DNA of 64,000 nt, taken from contig OX597815.1 in the NCBI GenBank assembly GCA_951406725.2, forward strand, positions 57,102,001 to 57,166,000, read 5' to 3'. The translations under genes were made by a program, and so were the position numbers. Below the pieces are notes generated by a model. That model was not told where the DNA came from and ran no database searches. It saw nothing but the letters and a program-made list of their open reading frames with translations. Positions 27,101 to 39,018 of the stretch are shown piece by piece. The stretch's first letter is position 1; each line of letters opens with the position of its first letter. Source of the DNA: Octopus vulgaris. Taxonomy: Eukaryota.

Positions 27101-27350
27101 ATATATATGTATACTTTAATATGAATATGTACAATATTTTAATGCATTTTAACATTTTAATTTCAAATTCCATGTATTAATTATATTTCCTTCATTAATT
27201 TATTCAATGTAAGGTTTTTCCTCGAATTTTATAATTTTTATCGCTCGAAAATTGACCGTTATTTCTAAAGGGCCAATCAAACAAGACCATTTTTAAAGGT
27301 GTAGCATTTGTAATAGTCTGGATAGAATTGACATATCGGTTCCATTCTAG

Positions 27351-27400
27351 CAAAAACTGTCCGATGAACGGCAACGGGAAACTCAGTGTAATAGGTTTTG
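27351..27400 (+). ncRNA. Hammerhead-like motif in pLTR (CCGANGA variant)
   Basis: AAAACUGU CCGAUGA ACGGCAACGG GAAACUCAGUGUA AUAGGUUUU. Confidence 0.5.
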
Positions 27401-27426
27401 TTGAATTTTCTGCTGCTTTAAATAAA

Positions 27427-27497
<71 letters not shown>

Positions 27498-28139
27498 CAC
27501 ATACATATACACACATACATATATATACATACACATACACAGTCATACACCCACGTGTATGCGTCAGTATATGTTCACCCAAGCTCACGCATACACACAC
27601 CTGCGTACACATGCATACATACATACGTATACCCATGCCCATATGTACATATAAGTATAGGCACATATATACAAACACACCTACATGCATATACATACAC
27701 ATATGCATATATACACCCACATGCACCGACACATGTACACCCACTCACATGCATACACACGTGTATATATACATGCATATAAACACATATACATATGTAC
27801 ATACGCATACATACACAATATATATATACATGCATATACATACACATGTATATGTATACACACAGGCTCATACACGTGCACATAGATAAACATACATGCA
27901 TATACATGCACAGATACACATACATATACCTACACATATACATATACACATATGGACAAACACATTCAAATGGCCCCACATATATATGCATACATATACA
28001 AAATTACACATATGCATACGCGATGCACTCATACATGTACTTATCTACGTGCACATACATTCTCGAATCTGCAGGCTGACACGTGTACATATAAAAACCT
28101 ACATATATGGAAAACCATATATATACACATAAGAATCCT

Positions 28140-31100
28140 ATCATCATCATCATTGTTCGACCGTGGTCGAGACAATGGAATTTGCCATGTTACGCCAGAC
28201 TTCACGGTCCATCATGGCATTACGGAGGTCCTGTTGTTGGATGCCTGTATCCCTGGAGATTATATCAGGGTAGGAGAGTGTGCGCCCTCTGGTATTGAGA
28301 GTAGATGGCTTCCAGAGGAGAAGAGTAGAAATTGCCTCGTTTTCAGCTCTACAACAATGTCCAGCAAACTGGACTCTCCTACCCTTCACAAGAGATGACA
28401 CAGGTGGTAGTTCCCCATATGTTTGCATTTTGGTTGGATGACGCTACGAGAGATTTTGAGCTCTCATAAGGAGGCGAGTGTAGGTTCCATCCAACCGCCT
28501 CTCAAGCTTCTTTGATAACGTCCAGGTTTCTGAGCCATATAGTAGAATTGGTTCGACTGTGGCTTTGAAGATTTCAAGTTTGATGACCAGATCTTATGCA
28601 TGTCATTACAGGCTGACTAGTTAGAGAATCTTTTCCATGTGATGATATATATGACCCAAGATATTTGTAATCAGAAACCATATTTAAGGGCGCATTGTTG
28701 AGAGTATGGATGATGCAATCACTGTTGGACAGGCACTTGTTTATATATTCAGTCTTGGCCTCATTGAGGTAAAGACCTACACAATTTGAGGCTTGTTCGA
28801 GAGATTGTAAAAGAGACTGGGCATTGGAGAGAGAATCACTGATAAGAGCGATGTCGTCAGCAAAGTCAGTGTCTGTCAAGTATTCAGCTGGGTGTCTGGA
28901 ACTTCTTCTTGGTTTTATTTCAAAGTCCTTGCCAGAGATGGTATCAACTGACATACGTAGCACATAGTCAACGACAATGATGAAAAGAAATGGGGCGAGT
29001 GTGTCTCCCTGCAGTATTCCGGCTTTGATTGAGAAAGATGATGTTTCTCCGTCAGGGGTTAAGATGGTTGAAGACGTATCAGTGTAGAGGACCTTGATGG
29101 CAGAAATGATTTTGTCTGGTATCCCATGGTTGGATGACGCTTCCACGAGAGATTTTGAGCTCTCATAAGGAGGCGAGTGTAGGTTCCATCCAACCGCCTC
29201 TCAAGCTTCTTTGATAACGTCCAGGTTTCTGAGCCATATAGTAGAATTGGTTCGACTGTGGCTTTGAAGATTTCAAGTTTGATGACCAGATCTTATGCAT
29301 GTCATTACAGGCTGACCAGGCCATACCCTTTCTAGTTAGAGAATCTTTTCCAGGTGATGATATATATGACCCAAGATATTTGTAATCAGAAACCATATTT
29401 AAGGGCGCATTGTTGAGAGTATGGATGATGCAATCACTGTTGGACAGGCACTTGTTTATATATTCAGTCTTGGCCTCATTGAGGTAAAGACCTACACAAT
29501 TTGAGGCTTGTTCGAGAGATTGTAAAAGAGACTGGGCATTGGAGAGAGAATCACTGATAAGAGCGATGTCGTCAGTGTCTGTCAAGTATTCAGCTGGGTG
29601 TCTGGAACTTTGATAACGTCCAGGTTTCTGAGCCATATAGTAGAATTGGTTCGACTGTGGCTTTGAAGATTTCAAATTTGATGACCAGATCTTATGCATA
29701 AGATTTCAAACATCTTGTACCTATCTACAGAGTCGAACGCTTTAGTCGCGATTAAATGCTTTTGATTCTTCAATAAGTTTGCGAAGGCATAGTATCTGGC
29801 TCAGCGTTGAGCGCCCATGTCTGAATCCATTTTGGTTCTTTCGGAGCAAAGGTTCAACAAAAAGGACAAGACGATTTAGAATCAGTTTGTTGTATAGTTT
29901 TGCAGCAATTGACATTAGAGATATACCCCTGTAGTTGGTGACGAGGGATAAATCGCCTTTTTTGGGGTATTGGGATGATTTGAGATTGGTGCCAAATCTT
30001 TGGAGCGACAAAGGTGGAAAGTGTGTGGTTGCAAAGGTTGAGCAAAAGTGTGTGAAATCTATCATCCTTCCAAATTATAGCTGGGATGTTGTCGGAACCA
30101 AATGCTTTCGAGGCTTTTAGTTGCTTAGTGGCTGCTGTTAGTTCAAATATGGTAAAAGGGGAGGTGTTGATGTCCAGCGTGTCTGATATAGGCACTCTTG
30201 GAAGAGTGGGGTTATCAGGGATTTGGGCATTCTTCCCAAGAAGGTTTTTAAAATGAGTTGACCAATTTTCTAAATGCTTCTTAGCTGATCCCCCTTTAAT
30301 TCTAATTGATGACCCAGAATTTTTGCCTGATAGGTCTTTGATGGATTTCCAGGCGAGATGGTGTTTTTTACTAATGTGCTCTTTGGATAGTTTGCTAATT
30401 TTGCCATTGATAAAGTCGACCTCGGCGTTCAAGTAAGCCTCATCAAGATTCTTCTTGGCAGTTATGAGTTGGATCTTCAGTGACTAGGATGGAGAACGGT
30501 GGTAAACTAGTGATATAGACTTTAGATGGTTTCTGGCTTCGATGACATTTGGGGAATTAGAAGGTTTGCTCTGGCCCCTACTCTTCTTTTTGGAAAGAGT
30601 AGCCAGTGCAACTTCCTCTGTTGATTTGATGAGGCTGCTGTATACTTCTTCAATGTTCTCAGCATCTATTTCAGAAGTAGACAAAGATTGAAATGTGTTA
30701 TAGACCTCAATAGTAAATTGTTTGGACATATTGGGGTTAGACAAGACTTCCTCCCAGTCGATCGTTTTCATCGGGTGAGGCTTAGCTTTTTTGGATGAGC
30801 GAAGACTAAGCTTAACGGTAGCTGATACAATTCTGTGGTCAGAGCCGACAGAACTAAAGGAAGAGTAGGATCTCGAGTTTTTAACACTATTGCGCCACTT
30901 CTTTCGAAAGATGAGGTAGTCAATTTGTGCCCTATCACCAAGTGGGGACTCGAATGTCCAAAGTTGTCCTTTTAGTTTCATAAAATAATTGTTGGAGGTG
31001 TAGAGATTAAATTCCTCTAAGAAGTCTTTGAGAATTTCTCCGTTCCGATTAGTTTTAGAGTTGAAAGTAAACTTGGTCTCATCGGGTCCTAGTCTAGCAT

Positions 31101-31272
31101 TCAGATCACCAGGTATAAATAGAAAATTATGGAGAGGTACTTGCTCAATGGTTGAATGAAGGGTTGTATAAAAATTCTCAATCTCGTCTGCCCCAGACGA
31201 ATTATGTGGGCTATACACACATACCAATGTTGTTTTCGGGTTTCCATCTATCTCAAGCACCATAATTCTAGG
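28140..31272 (-). mobile_element. RTE/RTEX-clade LINE, 5'-truncated and internally rearranged
   Basis: APE motifs (VYSP, GDLNA, QIDY, SDH); RT motifs (NYRGISL, QNGFR, QGDTLAP, FADD, YKYLG); (TGA)n tail at 28140. Confidence 0.92.
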
Positions 31273-32400
31273 TATACATGCGGATGTGTATATGCACGTC
31301 TTTATAGATGGGTGTGGGTGGGTGTATGTGTGAGTACACATATGTCTATTTGTATATGTATATATGTGTATGTATATATGGAGGTTGTATATATGTGTAT
31401 GTATATGTATGTATACATATATAGGGTTTTTATGTGTATATATACGATTTCCCATAGGGTTCCTATGTGTATATATATGGTTTTCCATATATGTAGGTTT
31501 TTATATGTACACGCGTCAGCCTGCAGATTCGAGAATGTATGTGCACGTAGATAAGTACATGTATGAGTGCGTCGCATATGCATATGTGTAATTTTGTATA
31601 GGTATGCGTATATAGGTGGGGCCATTTGAATGTGTTTGTCCATATGTGTATATGTATATGTGTATCTGTGCATGTATATGCATGTGTTTATCTATATGCA
31701 CGTGTATGATCCTGTGTATATATATATACATGTGTGTGTATATGCATGTATATATTGTGTATGTATGCGTATGTACATATGTATATGTGTTTATATGCAT
31801 GTATATATACACGTGTGTATGCATGTGAATGGGTGTACATGTTTCGGTGCATGTGGGTGTATATATGTTGAGTATGAAATTTATAGAAATATTATAAAAT
31901 TGGTTCAAAAATTAAAGTAAAGAAATGTAAATGAATATAATGAAAAATAAATATAAATCCCTGTAGAATGATATAGACAAGGAGTAGAACAGATTTGTGT
32001 TCTAAAAACTCAAATGGCTGAAGGAGTATAACTTCTCTACTGCTGGAGGTAGAAATATGTAACGGTTTTTGTAAGCAAAAAAATAATTGTCCGTACTGCA
32101 GGTGGGACGGGGTTTATCTCCCTTACATCAGCTCTGGCCTTTGTGGTATTTGAAGGAGCTGTGACAGGCCTTCAACAAATGAGGAATTCCAGGTTTGTAG
32201 TAGGAAACATTTTAGATGTGGAAACAGACTAAATATTTCTTTCCTGGAGTTTAAAAAGGTTCCTAGGTCGAGTGAGTTTTTTAGGATTCTCGCTTTCTTT
32301 ACCAAGCAAAGCTTACATGAATCATCTATACTGCTAAACTCTTTACAGGTGTGAAACAAACAGTTGCCTTATGACTGGCCATAACTTCTAATTTACTATT
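31273..32400 (-). mobile_element. Penelope-like 3' end (GIY-YIG C-terminus plus microsatellite UTR)
   Basis: SCKLCLVKKARIL...LNSRKEIFS in ORF 32123-32359. Confidence 0.6.
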
Positions 32401-32559
32401 TATTATATATATATATACAGAGAGAGGGGGAGGGCCTAAATTATTATACCCCATATAACCATACTTTACTCTTAATATAAAATGTAGGATTTCCATATAA
32501 ATACATAATTCTATTTTCATTTTTTAAAATTGCATTTTGGTTACCTCCCTTCCATTGTA

Positions 32560-34370
32560 TTTCCATTGTATTAAGGATTTTGGTATGTGAGTCAATTAAT
32601 GCCTTATTTACTGTGAATCTCCTCTTAAAAAGATCCTCTAAACCTCCTTAATTAATATTTAAAACCTGATAAAAATAGATAATAATATCTAAGTTACTTG
32701 GTTTCTATTTCTCTAAAACAACTCTACCCTCATGATCTTTGCATGTATTAGAAAGCTTTATAAAAATAAATTATATATAAATAAGTAAATAACATTTTAT
32801 AAGTACTAATTATTAATTATAAATTATCATATAAGGAATAATAATAACATTTTCTTAAATCTATAAAACCCATAATTTTATAAAAGCTTTGTTAATAATA
32901 TAATATAATTTTTTTGCCCAATAACTTGATCATTGTATTATATAATACAATAAGACTTATTAAAATACTTTAAAATCTTAAATAGAAATGGTTTACTTAG
33001 CTTTCCAAAGACGTTTCATGAACTAAAATTTTAAAACGGAAAACGTCTTTTAAGCGTTTATAAGAATACTCGTGGAATTACGTTATTAACAGAAATAGAA
33101 TAAATAGATGAAAAATTCTTTTAACAATGAAAACTACGAATATATTTTATCAATGAAAAATACGAATAAATATTGTCAAAGGAAACAGCTATAGTTTAGC
33201 TATAAATATAAAGAGAACAAAGTCACTATTAGAGAATAAAACCACTATATACTATAAAATTTATCATTAAAAAATAACTACAATAAATTATACTCAATAT
33301 TCAATAAATTAAATAATTTATATAACTACCAATTACTGTGTATACTCTAAAAATCTTATAAGAATTAATTAATTTATATAAAAAAAGTACGTTGTAATCA
33401 AACCTTAATATAAATAAAAAATAACTATTAGACACATTCAAAATTAATTCAGTAGTAATTCAAGCATTATCTATAAAATGACCACTAATTAATATAAAAA
33501 CTATATTCTAATAAAATTCATTACATAATATTAATTAAATAAATATCTAAATAAATCTACTTCAAATATATATAAAGTACATACAAATTGATTAATTTAA
33601 CAAATTTATAACAAACTATATACTTAACTGTAGTATAAGATAAATATATATTATATATCATATAATATAAATAAATGCTAAACAATAATAAACAATAATA
33701 AATTAAACTAAATTATATGTAGATCAAATACATCGTTCTTTAATTGAATAAATAAAGTACATATTATCATTATAAAAAAGTATTACATAAAGAAAAAATT
33801 ATTATCCTATACATTCAAAATTATTAACCTTCATATAATATATATTCATTAAAACCATTAAATATTTAGTAATAAAATAAACATCTAAATATAATCTAAC
33901 TATAAGTATATAAAGAACCTTTAATAACTCTTATTGACTAATACCAAACGACATACAGAATTGGAAACACAACACGACTATCATTAATTAATATATTTAT
34001 TAAATTTATTAAATTATTTAATTATTTATTTAATAATATTAAATCAAACATATAAAATCACATACTAAATTTTAGATTAATACTAGTACATATAACTACA
34101 AATTAGGAACAAAATAGGGTTTAAATATAGTCATTATTTATGTAGAAATATATTATATAAGTAAAGTAATCTGTGTCTGCATTTAATTTTACGCTCATCC
34201 AAAGTATTCACTAAATTATTATGATCATTAAATAAAATTTCCTTAAACTCACTAGAACATAAATAACAATAATTGCTACCTATATGATTTGGCCTTACAT
34301 ATTATTTCCCCACGTTAAATCATACTTAATACTTTTGGATTTAAGCCCCCAAATGTATTTTATCTCTAAT
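32560..34370 (+). mobile_element. Extremely A/T-eroded, G-poor tract, probably an ancient Penelope-like relic
   Basis: Residual words KLLSYT (about 33795), SNLCLH (about 34165) and SLNK (about 34226) in the order seen in Penelope ORFs. Confidence 0.35.
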
Positions 34371-34389
34371 ATATATATATATATATATT

Positions 34390-37300
34390 AAGGTACGTTT
34401 TATACAGATTTATACAGATTTTATACAGATGTTTTTAAGAATATTTTTATTGCGAAAAAGGACTGTGTTAAAATCTAAAGTTCTTAAATTTACATCATTA
34501 GACTCCGCAGCCCACTTGAAATTTTGAATAATAAGTGAAAAATCAATTTATAACACGTTTGCCACTCCTTATTTTATTTTAAAATTCATTGTTATGAATC
34601 AATTTTCTTTTGTAAAATTCTTTAAAAACAAAAGTGTTAAAATCTCAAGCTCTAAAATTTTTATCTTCAGACTCTGCCACGCACTTGAAATTTCGAAATT
34701 TTGTGAAATAAAAAGACTTCTCGACTTTGTTTTCTTTATTATTCTTAATACTTGGTCACCAAATATATGTGTTACATGAGGTCTAGATTACACACACATT
34801 AAAATAAAATTACATGTAAACCTATTTTTGATTCTTGACACATTTTGGTGATAAATTTTGTTCTCTCTGTGATACATTTTTGTCTCTACTACAACTGCAG
34901 TTTTTAAAGGAGTTGGACTTGCAAATAAATTTTATGCTGCATTGTTTTTAAACACATTGCACTCTGTTTGAAACGATAGTACATTTTTTCTATTTTTCAC
35001 AGATTTTAGTAATGCTTGTTACTTTAGAGAAAAGTTTAAGATTATCGGTTTAAATGATTCAGTCATAACACAAGCCTTTTGCTATGATCTTGACAATTTA
35101 TTTAATTAAAGGATCTTTCTTAACTACATTCTTTTCTTATCTCGTTTAAATAAAATACATTTTAGTACGTCCTTGTAAGTTGGCAAAACTCACTAAGATC
35201 ATATGGAGGACCAAATATTGGGCATTCAATATCATGACGCGTTATTGGCTTATGAGTCATCACGAAATGTAAACAACACTAAATTTAAGACGATCATTAA
35301 TTTTAATACAATGGCATAAAGACAAGGTACAAAGCAGAAAACTTCACTCATGTACGACCTACATCCACATGCAACGACCGTTGCAGCAGCACTGGAGAAA
35401 AGTTCACACTGCCATTATCTTAAGATATTAGTCAATTGTCTTGTAACTTGGTATGATGATTTTGATTTTGATTGATTTTTCCAGTTTCAGCTAATGAGCT
35501 GTGGCCATGCTGGGGCACCGCCATTTGGTTTGCTACACGGTTTTACCTCACGGATGCTTTTTAGCAAACGCCATCTGATGCATGAGAGAGTTCGATGCAG
35601 CTGCCCTCATCTGCACCTCCTGCCGTGAAGTTGGTTCATCCGGGACACCTGACAGGAAGAGATCCAGTCCTACTTTAAAGACATCCGCATCTACACCATG
35701 CAGGTCCCTCAGGTTCTTCGGAAGGATATTGAAGAGCCGTGGGCCTCTGAAGCCCAGGCTATCACAATATCTTGTCCTACATCTTGATGGCAAATTTGGA
35801 GTCCTTGGTACTACGCAGTGGCGTCCGGTTCTGGCATTTGTGTGACTCTCGATGCCAAAGTCTGGGACAAGACCTTCCAGGATCTTCCAGATATATATTA
35901 TGGCATATCTTTCTCGCCTACGCTCCAGGGAATAGAGCTTTAATCTCTTGAGTCTCTCCCAGTAGCTCATATGCTGTACAGAGGCTATCTTCTTCGTGTA
36001 GCTTCGTTGGATCGCCTCAAGTTCTGTGATCAACTTGACACTGGATGGTGATCATAGCTGAGAGCAATAGTCAAAGTGGCTTAGGACAAGTGTCTTCCAG
36101 AGGACCATCATGGTTTCTTGTTCTCTTGTTCTAAAGGTTCTAAGAATCCATCCAGCCAGCCGTCTACATTTCATTGTCAGTTTAGCAACATGTACATGAA
36201 AGGTCGCGTCATCACTCATGTGAATACCCAGGTCACGCACTGATTGTGCCTCTGGGATTGCAACCCCTCCGGGTCCAGTGTATTCATTGGGTATTGCATT
36301 CAGTTTTGCATGCTGATAGTATAAAGCTTGAAACTTTTCAGCATTGAACTGCATGCTATTCTTTTCAGCCCACTTGTATATTTCGTCCAGCTCACATTGC
36401 AGGTGCTTAGTGTCTTCAGGGTTCTGTATTGCCTGTGAAACTTTTGTATCATCTGCATAACTTGTGATCGTGGCTCTCTGCTTGGCTGAGGGCATGTCTG
36501 AGAGGGCCGTTATGAACAGTAGTGGTCCCAAAACAGTGCCCTGCGGAACACCGCTCACTATTTGCGTGCTAATGGAGGTGGCCCCATTGGCTGCTACCAC
36601 CTGACTTCTATTCTTCAGAAAGTCATGAAGCCATTCTCCTAGTTTTCCAACTATGCCAAGATCACGCAGTTTGTGACATATCATTCCATGATCGACTTTA
36701 TCGAAGGCCTTTGCGAAGTCGAGATATATGACTTCCACATTTGAGTGGTTGAGCAGTTGTTTCAGCACCCAGTCATAGTGCTGCAGGAGCTGAGTTAAGC
36801 AGCTTCTTCCTGGTCGAAACCATGTTGGGTGTCAGGCAGCAAGTCATTTTCTTCAAGGAAGGTGATTAGTTTCCTTCTGACTATTCGTTCCATGACCTTG
36901 CTGATGTGTGAGGTGAGAGAGATAGGTCTGTAGTTCTTGGCTTCCGCTCTACTACCTCCTTTATGAATAGGGCATATTTTACCTTCCTTCAGTTTTCTTG
37001 GAAGTTTGCCAGCTGCAAGGAAGCTCTGAAAGAGGAACTGCAGTGGTCTTGCTAGGACTCTCTTACATACTTTTAGGAGGATTGCCGGGAATCCATCTGG
37101 GCCAATAGCTGAGTATGTTTTCATTTCATCTATAGCCTTTATTACATTGTCTTCCTTTATATCGATGCAATTTATCGTCGCCGCCTCTGATTCTATATCT
37201 GCAGTTGGATTGCTGATTTGGAAATGCCCAAGGGGTGGAGTGAAAACACTCTTGAATTGTTCATTCAGTATTTCACTTACCCTCATTGGTTTTCCTGTGA

Positions 37301-39010
37301 GTGTGCCATCCTTTTCAAGGAGTGGCCCTATCCTACAGTGTACCGTAGCTGTTTCTTTGGCATACCTGTAGAAAGCTCTGGGGTTAGTTTTTATGTTGTC
37401 TATAGCCCAGGCTTCTTTGTCTGCTCTTTCCTTCTCATGGGAGAGTTGCAGACAATTTTCAATTTCCAACAGTTTTATTTTCAGGCGGGACTTTTCACTG
37501 CTTTCAATTTGTTTGTTTAGGCGATTTGAAATTTTTGTACGCCGTCTCATTAAAATTTTCCTCTCTCTGGGGATTTTGTTCTTGTGTACAGTGGCCTTTC
37601 TCTCTGGGACACATTTGTAGCATATGGCTCGCATTACAGACATAAATTGTTGAAGTATCATGTCGATGTCCGGCGAGGAGAGACATTCAGGCCAGTTTTG
37701 TTTGAGGATCTCTTTCTCAATTTGTTTCCAGTTTGCCTTATTGAAGTTCAAGCTGGAAAGATTCTGAGGGTTTCTTGTAGGCTGTATGTCCGTGCTCTCT
37801 TTTGGCCCGTACATGGTCAGCTCTACCATGTTGTGATCCGAGAGTAGTGTCGGTGTCACTTTCACATTATGGATGAGATCCATATTATTTGTGAAGCAGA
37901 GATCCAGTGTGTTACCTGCCCTGGTTGGTTGGAGTATTACTTGCTCCATGTACAGGGTGTTGATGAGGTTCAGGAGGGACCTCGCCTGTCCTCGTTCACA
38001 TCTTGTCATTCCTGGGAGAGAAAGGCCCTCGGGCCATCTGACATTGGGTAGATTGAAGTCTCCCATGAGAAGTACACTTATGTGTTGTTCTAATGTGATT
38101 AGAACTTCTTCTATTTTTAAAAGGCAGTCCTCAAACTTGCCCATATGGCTTGGGGCATCTGGAGGGCGATATGTAGCACACACAACTACATCAAGTTGCC
38201 TTATGTGTACAATTAGTGTGTCACACACCGAGTTTGAGTATGACAAAAGGACCTGGGGTGTGAGGTCCTCACGGATGTACATAGCAACTCCTCCATGACT
38301 CCTTTCTTTTCTGTCGGTCCGTAGTACAACATACTGTTGTATGTGTAATTCCGCATCTGCTATGTCCGGTTTCAGGTGCGTTTCCGTGAGTGCTATGCAT
38401 AAGGCTTGATTGCATGCTACAAAGTCTCTCAAGAACGGGACTTTTGCCCTGTTACTGTGTGTTAGTAGTCCTCTGATGTTCAGTAGGAGCATCGAGGTGA
38501 GGTGTATGCTGTTGCCGGTGGTGTCCACCCTGGGTCCATCTGCTGTGACGGTCTTGTGAACTGTGGGTAGTTCCATCTGCGAGCTTGAGTTTGATGGAGC
38601 CAGGTTAGCTGCTGTACAATCTTTTGTGCCATGCACAAAAAAGATTCTTGCTCAGCAGCTGCCCTTTCAACAACACGTTCGTGGTTTGTGGCACGCACCA
38701 CATCTGCGTACCTCCGTTTTGGGGCAGGTGATGCGTGGTCCATCACGTGGATGGTGATACGTGGTCCATCAGGTGATGCGACCTCTTAAGAATATTATAT
38801 TTACTGTTTTGCATTCTAATATGTAGAAATATCCATGAAATCCATAATTCGACTAAAAATAGCGATTTAAAAAATTTTCAGTTGCATTGTGGAGCCTGAA
38901 AAATATATTTAAACACAAACTTCTTTTTACACCTTTCTTTTAACCACAATTCGCAACAAAATCTCGATTCTTGGTTACCAATTTTGAAAGTTGCATTTTT
39001 TGGTCTACCC
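34390..39010 (-). mobile_element. Unclassified DNA transposon relic interrupted by a CR1 LINE
   Basis: TRHDIECPIFGPP / LPTYKDVLKC at about 35150-35245; repeated subterminal blocks at 34465-34530 and 34634-34700; terminus GGGTAGACCAAAAAATGCAAC at 39010. Confidence 0.4.
35455..38785 (-). mobile_element. CR1-like LINE with near-complete ORF2 (APE plus RT)
   Basis: LNIRG, TETHL, YRPP, GDFN, SDH; NYRPISL, QHGF; GVPQGTVLGP, YADD; one frameshift near 36810 and one stop near 36053; short-repeat tail. Confidence 0.95.
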
Positions 39011-39018
39011 TAGTATAT

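Larger units (their letters stand above)
24036..27426 (+). mobile_element. Penelope-like retroelement, 5'-truncated, with inverted pLTR ends
   Basis: RT ORF 24374-25378 (CRLINPAK, DFYPSI, GLYRDDG, VDFLDV); GIY-YIG ORF 25524-26228 (VVY...YTG, FKTRFYSH, CNLCLLEK); 24036-24295 is an inverted copy of about 27156-27426. Confidence 0.93.

Noticed and set aside
26563-28132. Many short ORFs rich in Y/I/H/T/C/V (also 1465-1783, 12557-13033, 23040-24023, 63000-63329)
   Set aside because: Translations of (TA)n, (CA)n, (TATG)n and (TAA)n microsatellites
30484-31488. 334-aa His/Tyr-rich plus endonuclease fusion ORF
   Set aside because: Chance in-frame junction of a microsatellite with a 5'-truncated LINE APE domain
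33108-33936. Frame open if TAA/TAG encode Gln (ciliate or diplomonad code contaminant)
   Set aside because: TGA is rare in such G-poor DNA, so a TGA-free frame is expected; the translation has no motif and Penelope remnants explain the tract better
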